From NCBI GenBank assembly GCA_010015585.1, contig ML975168.1: a DNA stretch of 44,869 nt, one strand, 5' to 3'. The stretch comes from Eremomyces bilateralis CBS 781.70 (lineage: Eukaryota). Position numbers and translations under genes: made by a program. The notes below the pieces were generated by a model that was not told where the DNA came from, did no database searches, and saw nothing but the letters and a program-made list of their open reading frames with translations. Below, in pieces: positions 20,590 through 32,311 of the stretch. Position 1 is the stretch's first letter; every line of letters starts with the position of its first letter.

Positions 20590-21889
20590 TCCTCTAAATC
20601 CCCCATGCCTTCAGGCTCCATATTAGAAAGCCACCCTTGGAGCATCTTCGCATGTTTTCAAGTCGTCTTCAATTGACATTGTCGCGAACCTCCACGCCCT
20701 ACCATCCCTAGGATTTTTGCAATAGCAGTACACGCTCTAGTCCCGCCTCCCTCGATGTTTGGTTCAACTACGTGGCTTGAACAATTACTATAAATCAAAA
20801 CGGATCCCCTCATTGGTGGTCATGAGCTTTTCCTATATCAGCCGGCCGCTTGACGGTTATGGTGGAACCGGCTTGTTTCGCTGCTGCCACCCTTGCATAA
20901 TATTCATCATTCTTCCGCTTCTGCATGACCTTCACGCTCTTCCGCATAGACTTTGCTGGTCCGTATAATTAGATTGCAGCTCTATGTGCCGCACAATAGT
21001 TGATCAGGTCGCATATGGGTGCGTTTGGATCGAAGAATGTGTATTTTCCAGGTACTGTTATGGTCCCAGGCCTGTGGCCTGGACTCTTGAATATGGCTGA
21101 CGCCACAGGGATGTGGCTAGTGGATGGCATAGAGGATTATCAAGGAGATAGTTATGTGGGAGCTGTGTTAAGGAGCTGTGTTAGGATAGCAGAGAGAAGA
21201 GTTGATATCTCGCGTACAGAGGCGCTGGGAGATTTCTTCCTTCTTTCTCTTCAGTTTAGATTAACGAAACTTGGTAATCGCAGATCCTGCGCATCCAGAC
21301 CGTGTCAGGTACAGCTTTCATACGAGGCAGGGTATCGACAATTTTCTGAGTGAGTCTGAACGTCCACGTTGCATGCTTGGGCTGCAACGGTAGGAATCGC
21401 TCTCCGCTCGTAAAGCAAACGTAGCACACCCATCTTCAAGTAAGGAGATAGAGGTAGCTACCAAACTCCTCGCAACGTTCACGCACAGCCCTGCATAGTC
21501 TCTCATAGAGGATATTGCAGGCAATCCATTTGCCAGTTCTGATGCTGAGGATACCGCGAAGTACTTTCCCTGCATGTCTGGTGATGGCATTGTGTCGAGG
21601 GAGGGAGTCAACTACTTCAGTGGCCCGGGTGTTGACCCGTCGAAAGTCCGTTAGAGTGTGCGGGTCAAGTTCACCGAGAACCTCAGCAAGTCGGTCAGCA
21701 GGAAGGACATCAAGAGTGCCGAGATTCGTTGTGAGTGGTGCCTTGAGAACGCGGCTTTTGGGCTGGGATAGGACGGCGACATCGGTATGTGATTGGACAG
21801 CGTGTAATAGCTGAAACGCATCTCAGAGTGGGTCTAGTCATCTTGACTATACTGTAAGGTGTTCTGTAAGATGTTGGAAGGGGGTTCAT
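20590..21889 (-). pseudogene. F-box domain protein pseudogene with multiple stops, split by a solo LTR (boundaries approximate)
   Basis: Manual translation gives LGTLDVLPADRLAEVLGELDPHTLTDFRRVNTRATEVVDSLP...LRGILSI...EFGSYLYLLT*RWVCYVCF...LPRMKAVP[LTR]GKY. The frame continues once the LTR and one TSD copy are removed. Stop at 21436-21438 and several more downstream. Confidence 0.78.
21056..21307. mobile_element. Solo LTR, family B, copy 2 (252 bp), inserted in the F-box pseudogene
   Basis: TGTTAT...TGTCA termini and 5-bp TSD GGTAC (21051-21055 and 21308-21312). Confidence 0.9.
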
Positions 21890-22341
21890 GGTGTTGTAGG
21901 GCTAGTCAGCCCTAAGAGATGACATTGGAGCCATTGAAGAAGTGCGAATGAAGAGTGGTTGTGTTTTGATATCGAGGTTGATGTAGCGAGGTGATGTATA
22001 TAATAACATCCACGCGCGAGAGTGGACAAAACAAGCGAGAGATCACATGCATTATCAATTGGATGCAATTAGATATAGTAGTGTGTTAAAAGAGATATAA
22101 TCCACAAGGACTCACATGCTCATATGAAAGGCAAAGCAAAGTGGAAATGCTCAAACCTAGGCGCCCTTGACCTTTTAAACCCGTTGACATGCCCAGTGTT
22201 GATACAGACCCGTACACAAACGTCCCGTCCATCTTGTGCCCAAGCGGTTTTTTCCAGACCACCTGTAGAGTCATCTCCTGTAGCATCATCTTCTTCCCCA
22301 AGCAATCATGCATACCCAACCACAAACTGCCGAAAGCCACA

Positions 22342-24733
22342 CTAATCCGTGATGCGCCAGGATTGGAACCACTTCAGATGCTTCCACTGCGCACTATCTC
22401 CCTCCATCCCAAAGCAAATCGCCCTAAACAGATAGAACAACCCGACCACCGCGACGTACAGTGGGAAATACACCACCCACTGCCACTTGGCCAGCCGCCA
22501 CGTCGCCCAATCGACGCAGAACCCGGCGGTAAGGATCGCAAACCAGAGCGCGGGGTAGTAGTGATGGACGTAGGTGACGCGGCCCATGATCATGAAGGGG
22601 AGGTAGTGGAGGAACCAGCCGATGACCGGGTAGAGGCCGGCGTAGTGGATGTGGTCCATTTCGCGCTGGGAGAGCTCTTTGTAGCCGCGCTGCCAGCGGA
22701 TGACGTACCAAGCGACGAGGAGGCCGAAGATGCCGAGACTAGCAGTGCTGCCCCAGTAGACGAGCGGGTTGCCGAGGAGGAAGTATTTGACGACTAGGAA
22801 CAGGATTAGAGGAGCGAAAAAGAAAAGAATGAAGGGAGGGGCTTACTATGACTATCCCAACCACACATCCGGAGACCAACTCCGAGGATCGGCCATTTCC
22901 AGAACATTGACGCAAGATCATCTTGCTTGTCTGGATCGGGGACCAGCGCGTTGTTCGACGTCATCATCGCCACGTTCAAATGGACAAAGTCGCGGAAGAA
23001 CGGAGACTTATATGACCCCGGATCGCCCGCCGGCAACCTCTCGTTGACGTGCGACTCAATATTCCAGTGCGTGAACACATCTCGGGGCTTATTCTCCTTC
23101 ACACAGGTAGTTTCGATTTGCTTGAAACCCCACTGCGGCAGGTTGACATTGCCTGCGCGGAGATAGCAGCCCAGGTCGACATGCTTCAGACGGAACGCGG
23201 TGGTGAGCGTCCGGATCTTGGTGTAGTCCCTCGACGACGCATCATCGACGACTTCGATTTTCCAGTGATCCTTGGTGTCACCGATAGTGGTGTTGCCGTA
23301 GCACGAGACTTCCCAATCGGCCTTCGTAACGGGCGCAGCAACGGTATGCGAGTGCAGGTTACGGCCTGTCTGCGCGTGGATCAGGCGGATGATGTCGTTG
23401 TTGCCGATGAACTTGATCTCGGCTTCCTGGTCGTATTCGGGTTCGTGGCGGTTGGGGTAGAAGAACCAGTCATTGTTGGCGTCCTTGTGGTGGTAGCAGG
23501 TGACCTGCTGCTGGGAAGAGCCCTCAGGATAAGTCTGGACATGAGAATGGAGGAGACCACCACCGTAGCCCATATTCTTGAGCGTGGCGCGAGAACCGAT
23601 GGCGACTTCGAGCGGGCTATCTTTTCCGACTTCGGTGCCCCGGAGGTTGGCTTGGAAGAGGGAGCTCATTTGAGCATCGCCCGGCCCGCTGTTCTCAAGG
23701 ACGAGGAAGTGGATGTAAAAGGAGAACATGTAGACCATCGTGGGGATGAGGATCAGGCCGAAAACCCGGAACCCAAGATGCGCCGCGAACTCGACTTTGG
23801 GCATCTTGGTATCCCCGAACTTGTTCCATAGGTCCTCGATGGTATATAGGCCAACCAACGCGGTGCAGAAAAACCCAACCCATTTCACACTGCAGACACA
23901 GCCGATCGACACGCCGGTCAGCATCAACCACAGGCCCCACTCCGGGCTGAACGGGTCACGCCGATATTGATGGAACTTCGCCCAGCACAGGACCGTCGTG
24001 AACGTGAAGAACAGCAGCATCGAGTCCAGTAAGATAAACCTGCTGATCGTCGTGTACGAGTTCTCACATAGAACTGCCAGCGTGACGAGCCAGACGGTTG
24101 CGCGTCGGAAGTTCAGCGCCTTGGCAGTGTAATAGGCGAGAGGAACGCAGAGGGCTCCGAACGTGGCGTTGAAGAGTCGCATGAACGTGTAGTTGACTTC
24201 TTCGGGGTACGTCTCGCCGGATTTGAATTCGAAGGAACCGTTGTAGCCGGCCATGTAGCCAGAGAGACCAACAAGCATCTTGCCAAGCGGGGGATGTACG
24301 TCGAAGTAGAATTCGCGTTTGAGGTAATGTGAGCCGAACTTCCCGAAACTAGAAGGAGAGCCATATCGTCAGTCTCATTGTTATATAGAATTGATATCCG
24401 GGGACAACGTACTGTGCCTCGTCCCACGTCACGATGGGTGAAAGACCAATCTTCCACATCCGCGTAAAGAACGCAAAACCGGTGAATATCAGCGGAGCAA
24501 TCAGGAACTCCCACTCATCGAGGAACCGTAGGATGCTAAAGCCCTGTGTAATTCCATTAGCGTCCGCGATCTCATATCTCCAGATGGTGCCATACCTGCT
24601 GTTTCGATTTCTCCTCCTCCTTACGGTCTACCACCGCGGTGGCATGCTGTGACGCACCTCCCACCTGTCGTCTCCGCAACTCATTATCTGCGCCAGCCGC
24701 GCCGCTCGTGTAAGCTTGCGAGCTCGACGCCAT
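22342..24733 (-). CDS. PMT2: Dolichyl-phosphate-mannose:protein O-mannosyltransferase, PMT2 subfamily (multi-exon)
   Basis: VTWDEAH/FGKFGSHYLKREFYFDVHPPLGKML, SRFILLDSML, MIR domains (LLHSHVQTYPEGSSQQQVTCY, NLHSH) and MGRVTYVHHYYPAL. ATG at 24733. Confidence 0.93.
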
Positions 24734-25560
24734 CGTCGAAGGGCGAACTTGAAAGTCTGCCGGGATGATCTAAGAAAATCGGATTGAAGGAAGAAGTCGA
24801 AGCCCGGTTGCTGCTCAACGCAGCATGGGGAAAGAGAAGGGGAGAATAGATGAATTAGAGAGCGTGACGAAGGAAATCGAAAAGGTGAAGGTCGAATAGA
24901 AGGAAGAAGGGTCCGAACCTCGAAGTAATGACCCCTTGGATGCTGGTACAACGGTACAGGAGAAGGCTAGGGAACCGAAGCTGATGCCGTACTGCTGAAA
25001 TTTGTTACGGGGGTTTGGTTTCCAGTGAGCTGACGGCAATATTGGTGTTACAAATGTGTTGCAATGGGCTTAGTGTGTAACGTTTCAACAGGTCAGAGCG
25101 TATGGAAGCAAACACCTCTATTAGACGGTGTCAGCAATACGAGCCGCTAATCCAATTTTAGAATTGCTGGAAGAAGCCAAAGTGTCTTCTTGATGTCGTG
25201 ATATTACCGTAATCAAAGCGGTCCAGCAGAGTGTTATTCTTAAGCAACGATGATTTAAATTCCATCAACCAGGTATGATAAATATAATTGCCAGATCTAT
25301 TCGTCCCTACTGTGAAGGAATGTATTAGTAGATCTACGCTGGGTACAGACTTCCCAACCCCCGAAGCGTACTATATACAAGACAAGAACCACGATCAGAT
25401 CCACTTCCTAAGTTCGTCTATGAAATCCACTCTAAATATCGAGCCTATGCGCTCACGCAGCTCTACAAATCCAAAATCATAAAAGGTGAGCCACCGTAGG
25501 GCTATTTAACAAGAAATATTGCATCAAGATAATGTCTCAAACAGCCTTCCTTTTCCTCCT

Positions 25561-27592
25561 CTAATCTCTACTCCCGCCTCCCCCTCCGCCATCCTCCTCA
25601 TCGCCATCATCCTGCTTCACCTTACTGTACTTCCCACTCCCTGAATCCCCCTCCCCACTCCCCTTCGCCCTCTTCACAATGCTACTAATCCAGCCTCCCA
25701 CCCCCTCCTGCTCCACGCTGCCCGCCTGCGGCTTCCCCCGGCCGCCCTCAACGTCCACCGGCGGATCGATGTTCAGCCCGGGGATCGCGTTGTCGGCGGA
25801 GAAAGCCGCGGGGCCGCGGCGCAGGTCGATGCTCGGCACGGGCGAGCGGTTGCCGGAGAAGAGGGATTCGGCTTCGGCGATGGTTTCGGGGGTCGGCATG
25901 ACGGAGGTGGCGTCGCCAAAGAGGACGTTCATGTCCTCGAGGCGGATGTTGGCGGTTTCGGGGTAGATGAACCAGACTGAGATAGATGTTAGCCACACTA
26001 GTACTCTCAAAGGCGGCCCGAAAATCGACGGAGCGAGGGAAGACTTACCAATGACGAAACTGAGAGCGCAGAAAAATGCATGCACAAGATAAAGCCGCCA
26101 CTGGATCAGCTCCTGCAATACCGGCGTCATCATGCCCACCAACCAATTGAACGCCCAATTTGTTGCCGTGCTCAGACTCGCGCCCTTGGCTCGGATGCTG
26201 AGCGGCAGGATCTCCGGGGGGTACAACCACGGGATCGGGCCCCAGGACGCGCCGAACGCGGCGTTATAGATCATGACGAAGACGACGACCAGACTGGCCG
26301 TGTTATCGATGTCGATGAAGATGAAGTAAGAGACCGCGGAGAGCGAGAGCATCATCGCGACGGCGCCGGTGAGGAGAATGGGTCGTCGTCCGTACTTGTC
26401 GACGATGTACCATGGAGGGATTGTGGAGAGGAGGTATGTTATGCCGTTGATACCGGTCATGAGAATCGCATCACGGCCCTGCCAGCCGGCCTGCTCGAAG
26501 ACGAGAGGGGCGTAGTAGGAAATGACGTTGATGCCGTTCAGTTGGGCGAGGGCTTGTGCGGACATGGCGATGAACACGCGCTTGTAGTACCGCTTGAACA
26601 TGTCACCGTAGGAGCGCTCGCCTTCCTGGCGCTCCATGAGAACGTTCATCTTGATTTCACGGTAGTTTTCGCGGGCTTTCGGGTTGTGGATGTCACCCTT
26701 GCCGTAGAGGTTGGCGATGACGACAATGCCTTCTTCGTCATGGTCGTTGTCGAGAAGCCAGCTAGAGTGGGTTGTTAGTGGCAAGAGTTAAAGGAAGCAA
26801 ACATACGGTAGCAAGGACTATGCCAGAAAGGAACAAAGGAGCTACTCACCGAGGCGACTCGAGAATTAGAAAACTCCCCAACCCAAGCAACGTGCCCAGG
26901 AAGACCTGCATGAACAACGGTATCCGCCATGACAAATCGCTATGAATGAAGCTGCAAAAGTAATCCACCCAGACACTTGCACAATACCCCGTGATGTTCC
27001 CGGTGAACTCGATGCACGCCAGCTTCCCTCGATTATGCGGCGGCGAGATCTCGGATTGGTAGATGGGAACGATGGTGCTCAGCATGCCGACGCCGAACCC
27101 GGCAAGGATCCGGCCGACCATCATCATCGGCATGCCGTTGGCGAACGCCTGGAGTGCGCCGCCAACCACGAAGACGATGGAGCCGTAGAGGATGGTTTTT
27201 CGGCGGCCGATGATGTCGCCGACACGGCCGACCATGAGAGAGGAGATGAAGGCGCCAACTTCAAGGATGGCGACCATGGTGCCGATTTCGGCTCGCGAGG
27301 GTTGGTTGAAGTAGTCTTTGAAATATCCGCCGCTGCATAACGGTCAGTATAGCATAAATGAAAGGGGGGTGGAAGACAATCATACGTGATAATGCCCGAC
27401 ATAACGCCCTGATCATATCCGAATAAAAACACACCCAATGATACAAAGACGCTCGTAAAATAACTGCAATTGGCATAGCCGTCAGCATCTCTTCATTCCC
27501 AAACCCATCCTAGGTGTGTTGTCAATCAATCCTTACATCAACTTCTTCCCATGCAGCCCATGGAGCCTCGACGGCCCATCTCTCGGCGACAT
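25561..27592 (-). CDS. MFS sugar porter (monosaccharide transporter), multi-exon; the 5' end may extend to ~28264
   Basis: LFGYDQGVMSG, GDIIGRRK, VPIYQSEISPPHNRG, ESPRW, QLNGINVISYY, DKYGRRP, WGPIPWLYPPEILPLSIRAKG and YPET motifs. First in-frame ATG is at 27592. Confidence 0.9.
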
Positions 27593-29178
27593 GATGGCAG
27601 CGAGCAACCGCTCTCCCCGGGAGATCTTCCTCGGCGGCGGGCTTGGGATCGGGATATCCTCCTTCCTAACGACTCCACGACGGCCTCGTCCGCTCTGTTT
27701 CTCGTCCTTTTCGTTGTCCAGGTACCGCACGCGCTTGTGAGCCTTCCCTCGGGACTTTCCGCTCGACGGATCGAGTTCGTCCAGCTGGTGTGCAAGGCGG
27801 ACGGTCAGCGGGTCTTCTTCGGCGGCGAGCTGGTCGACGAGGTCGCCGGTGTCGCTCCAGAAAGAGAAGTCGGAGCCGGAGAAGGAGTCGCAGCTGGGAG
27901 GGGATTGGTATTCGTTCGCGGGGGATGGATCGTAGGTGCTATTATGAGGATGACGGTCCGCCTTCTCGTTCGAACGGTCGATCAATGTAGTGTGGGAGTA
28001 AGATAGCGGATCGTGTTCGTTGTCATCGGATTCAAGAAACGGATCCTCGTCGTCGTCCGGGTCGTACGCGTGACGTCGGGGGGGATGACCGTTACTACTG
28101 CCCGGAGCGGCGGACGATAGTGTGTGGAGGGGAATGTTGGCGGGCCTCCTCGACGATGGGGTGGAAGTGGGAGGAATATTGTCGCCGGGTGGGCTGATAT
28201 TGAGCCAGCCCTGCTCCCCAAGAAGGTTATAAAGTAGCCGTGGCAGATGATGGGAACCCTTGGGTTAGAAGGAGGCCTGAAATGGCGACGGTACGAAGTT
28301 GGGGATTAGTGTGCACGAGAGCTGGACAGCGGTAGGGGCTGATGGAGTAGTCCCATGGAAGGGATCGGGTTTGGTGTCCTGTGACGCTCTCTGGTGCCGA
28401 TAGTGGATAACTAACCAACCCGATTCAGAACAGTGTGCAGTCTTGCCGACTTTAAATCAAGAGACTGCCAATAAGACAGGATGAAGAAGATGATGCAAGC
28501 TGTTTGGCTGTGCCAGATGATCGGACAAGTTAACAAGGCGCAAGGTTGTCGTTGGTTTCCTGGTGACGTTCAGGGTTCAAGCCACCACCGGAAATAACTG
28601 CAAGTACCGGAGCCTCGTGGTGATTTATATCGATGTCAGGTGCTTCAATGGTTTGAAACAAATAAAAGGATACAGAGATTAGAGCCTAAGTAGATTTGGG
28701 AAATAGTAAATGCGAAAGGACCCGTATATCTGCCCTTTCCTGCAATGTCGGATTGCACGAATTGGTTTCTCCCCTTTGTCCCCCAGCCTGCCGGGTATCA
28801 GTAGTCAATCAGAGGGCCCAGTCTTTTCCCGCCGATCACCTCCGCTCACTTTCCGTATCGGAATCAGAACTTTTGATCGCTGTCATGGGGTTACGGTCCT
28901 CAGTCCTGTCTCGCAAAGAAAATCGCCATGTTGTTATGTAAGTTGTGTTATAGAGTGTACTATCCAGCACGCAGGTGGACTACCTGTGGATGCCCGGTGG
29001 TAGACACAGTACACGTACCCCGGTTTGTCAAAGTCGAAACACAATCAAGTCCACAGAAGAGCCGCATGTTTGATGATAGATCTGTGTCGATTGAATATCC
29101 TCCGAGAACTGCCTTGAAGAACATAATGCGAGCCCCTTTACCCTGTGAACGCCACGCCGTCCATCAAGCCCTAACGCT

Positions 29179-31355
29179 TCAAATAATCCGTATCGTGTAC
29201 TCATTAGATCCATCGAAATCTTCGTGGTATCGCTCATCAAATGCCGTGTCAGGTGCGAATGCGGCCTCAACGGTAGTCCGATAAAAGAAAAACACACCAA
29301 TTTTCTTGTAGGTCCCCTTCATAGATTTTTCGGGGGCGAGGACCAGCCCTTCAAACGTCGAAGATCCTTCTATTTCACTAGGATAATATATAACAGGCAT
29401 GAAGAAGACCTCTTCCGCGTGCCAGATGTTGGGAATGCAAGGATTCACTAGTATATCAAGCGGAGGTGCATCCGGATGAGGTCCGCCGCGTTGCCGGAGT
29501 CTCAGAGGAGCCGGCCCAGAATCCGGACTTGAGGAACGCTCTTCGTTCTCCAGCGAAAAGCACTTGTTGTCGAGATCACCCTTTGGAACTGATGCGAGGC
29601 GCACCTGTCTAAGGAGCCCACGAATCCGAAGATGACCTCCTTTCAGCTGGCCAGTCAAATCCTGAGAGACGGGCACCGTGATGACATCTAGTATCCGGGA
29701 TATGGCACTCCAAGTCCCGTATCGCCGTCGAAGAAAGTAGATTCTTCCATCCACGGAAGCCCAGGACCAGGTAGGAGCTCGATAAGTTGATGACGGCTCC
29801 CCATCGTCATGGATGTACCAAAGAAGTTCGCAATGCAGATCCCTTCTCCACATTCCGGCAAGGTATTCGTCTTTAAGTCGAGGGACAAAGGACTTTGCAA
29901 GCCCGGAAAGCGCAGGAAACTTGTCAGTTGAATAAGTTAGGCTAGCATTACTGTACATTTCAACAATTCGGCACCATGCATCGTAGAAATGTTCCTGGGG
30001 CACAGACAATAGGTTAGAAGACATGGCGTAGAATGATGGATACTGAAAATGTACTTACAGTCGGAATGGTAAATGATAAGTCTAATAATGAAGCATATAC
30101 TGGGTTCATAGCACCAGATGGCCATTGCGAGTCCATGACTGTATCAGGGCACGACTTTGGAAAAAGCTCTGATGATAGCTTTGAGCGACACTCCCAGTAC
30201 ATTTGCCTTCTAGCAAAGTGAAGAATTCGTGGAGCCTGGCCAATACTAAGCTAGCTGTAGCGTGGTCTTCATAGGCAGCTTACCATAATCTGTTCCTGAT
30301 AGACCCAGGCACGTTGGTGTAAAGGTGCTTGAAGAACATCAGTGCCGTATTCTTCCAGTATTATCATGGCTCGCTTGGGAGGTATAGGTCCGACAGAAAC
30401 CCGCGCGAAGTCTGCCTCCGGAGGCTGGATGTCTCTGATATCACTGGAGAGGAGGAGGCCTTCTTTCCCATCTGAAAACCCAGAAGCGGCTAGGTTGCAG
30501 ACACCGTTTCCGTAGACTAGATGCATAGTAAGGCTCTCTTTGAGCCAGTCCAACGAGCCTGGCTCCTGCTGGATAATACAGAGGGAATCAATCCAGAGGT
30601 ACTTATAGCCTAGACCAACCGTAATGCGCATGGCGTCGGCAAAAATCGGCGACAGGGAGGCAATCGGAATTGATTGAACCATTTGGTCATGATTGTCTCT
30701 GGTTAACACAAAGAACGGCGTCTTCCCCCAGCAATGACTTAGGGTAAGGTAATGTGTCTCAGAATTCAGATCGGAACCATAGCAAAGTCGAGCGGCAAAT
30801 ATAGAGCCGCTTTTTCTGACTTCTACTAGGCGCGTCGGCAGCCAGTGATCTGGTACTCTCGAACAGGCCTTATGCTCGCTGAGACAGCACGAAAGCCACT
30901 GTCTAGCCTGGTCCAAGGTACGCGGCCTACTAGTGCTCGTTGGGAGATCGAAGGTTGCCATGTCCTTCTTAACACCTTGTGGAGTGTAAGTCTTACTCGA
31001 GAGAAATGGGTGTTATCTTACTTTGGCTTGGTAGAGCACGGAACGGCAGGGTCTTCATCCACCTTTTCGACTGATAAACATAAAACGCGACGTAAATCTG
31101 CCCAGGAGTTTTGTCCAGATTTGCAATGTAGCATTGGGTGTTGAATGAGCATTGCGCCTCAGAATCCTTCTTCATGTAGCACAAGGCTTCCATTAGACGA
31201 AGACAGATATAACATTTCTCATTCGCCGAAGCCTCGAGGCTAGATATGTCCACATGATGGTCGAAGAACGGAAGCACCTTGTTCGGCTTGACATAATCCT
31301 CCTTGAAAAGAGACCTGCAAATCCAGCAAAGATAGGATGTGCTGTTCTGGTTCAT
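29179..31355 (-). CDS. HET (heterokaryon incompatibility) domain protein; exons 31355-31022, 30975-30284, 30235-30059, 29994-29179 (672 aa)
   Basis: WLSCCLSEHKAC, LPTRLV, YLTLSHCWG, YLWIDSLCIIQ, MHLVYGNGVCNLAA, PLHQRAWVYQE, YWEC, LTYSTDKFPALSGLA, YLAGMW and RAPTWSWAS. Confidence 0.92.
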
Positions 31356-31475
31356 CACAATGGTTCTTGACTGGCGAATCTGAAAACCTAAGCTCTTCCA
31401 TGGAGGATGCTCACAGCATCAAGGTGGAAGAGTTCATGACAACTCCGAGACCAGGACTCGAGGGCGCTTATGAGG

Positions 31476-31540
31476 TGCGGCCTCTGATGCGGCCTCTGAT
31501 GCGGCCTCGGATACGACCTCTGTTGCGACCTCTGCTGCAT
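31476..31540. repeat. 12-bp minisatellite, about 5 degenerate copies of TGCGGCCTCTGA, upstream of the HET gene
   Basis: tgcggcctctga tgcggcctctga tgcggcctcgga tacgacctctgt tgcgacctctgc. Confidence 0.8.
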
Positions 31541-32311
31541 CCAGCAGCGTATGCGGAGGCGCCATCCTTGATTTCTACTGCCCAAGTCAGGTCCAGGTAG
31601 CCAAGCGCTTAGTGAATCAGGATCCTAACCATAAATGATACAATACCTATTGCTCAGCCACTGAGCCACTGTGACGGATCTGGTGCAGTGGCACCGTACA
31701 TTGCTGGTGGATATTGACATTGACAGGTCAAATCACTGGTGTAACCGTTTAGCAGTGTACCATACGGGGATTGCCAGAGGTGAAGAGTACTAATATACGG
31801 TCCTGGTATGTACCTGAACAGCTAGTACAGATATGAATGACTTTGTACTATTCTGCACAGGGAGTACGGACCGACACCCGACTATCCTCAACTGGACGCA
31901 GCATCCCAGAGTGTTGCATGTGTATTAACAACCGATGGAACTCGGAGGGCGGAGATATCCCAAAACTTGGCACATTATATGCATGACTAAGCGTTATTTA
32001 ATTGATATTGGGCGTTAACGGGAGTTACTCCAATCAGAGCCTCCGAACAACTCAAACATGCAACTAGCCACCACTCCATGCCATTCATCTGTCATTCAGT
32101 CTCGTCCTGTCATCAATGGACAATTGGTCGTGAGACGACACAGCCCACCATCCTCCGCAGTGCAGGCAACAGAATGAGTGTCCTCCAGTTCATCGAACAG
32201 TGATTTTCATAATTTATTTTTAGCAGTCCAATTGCTAACACTCAATACCTCACAAAGGACTGTTTCCGACAGTTAACCTCAACCAGTGCCCTCCCGCTCA
32301 CTCCCACCACC

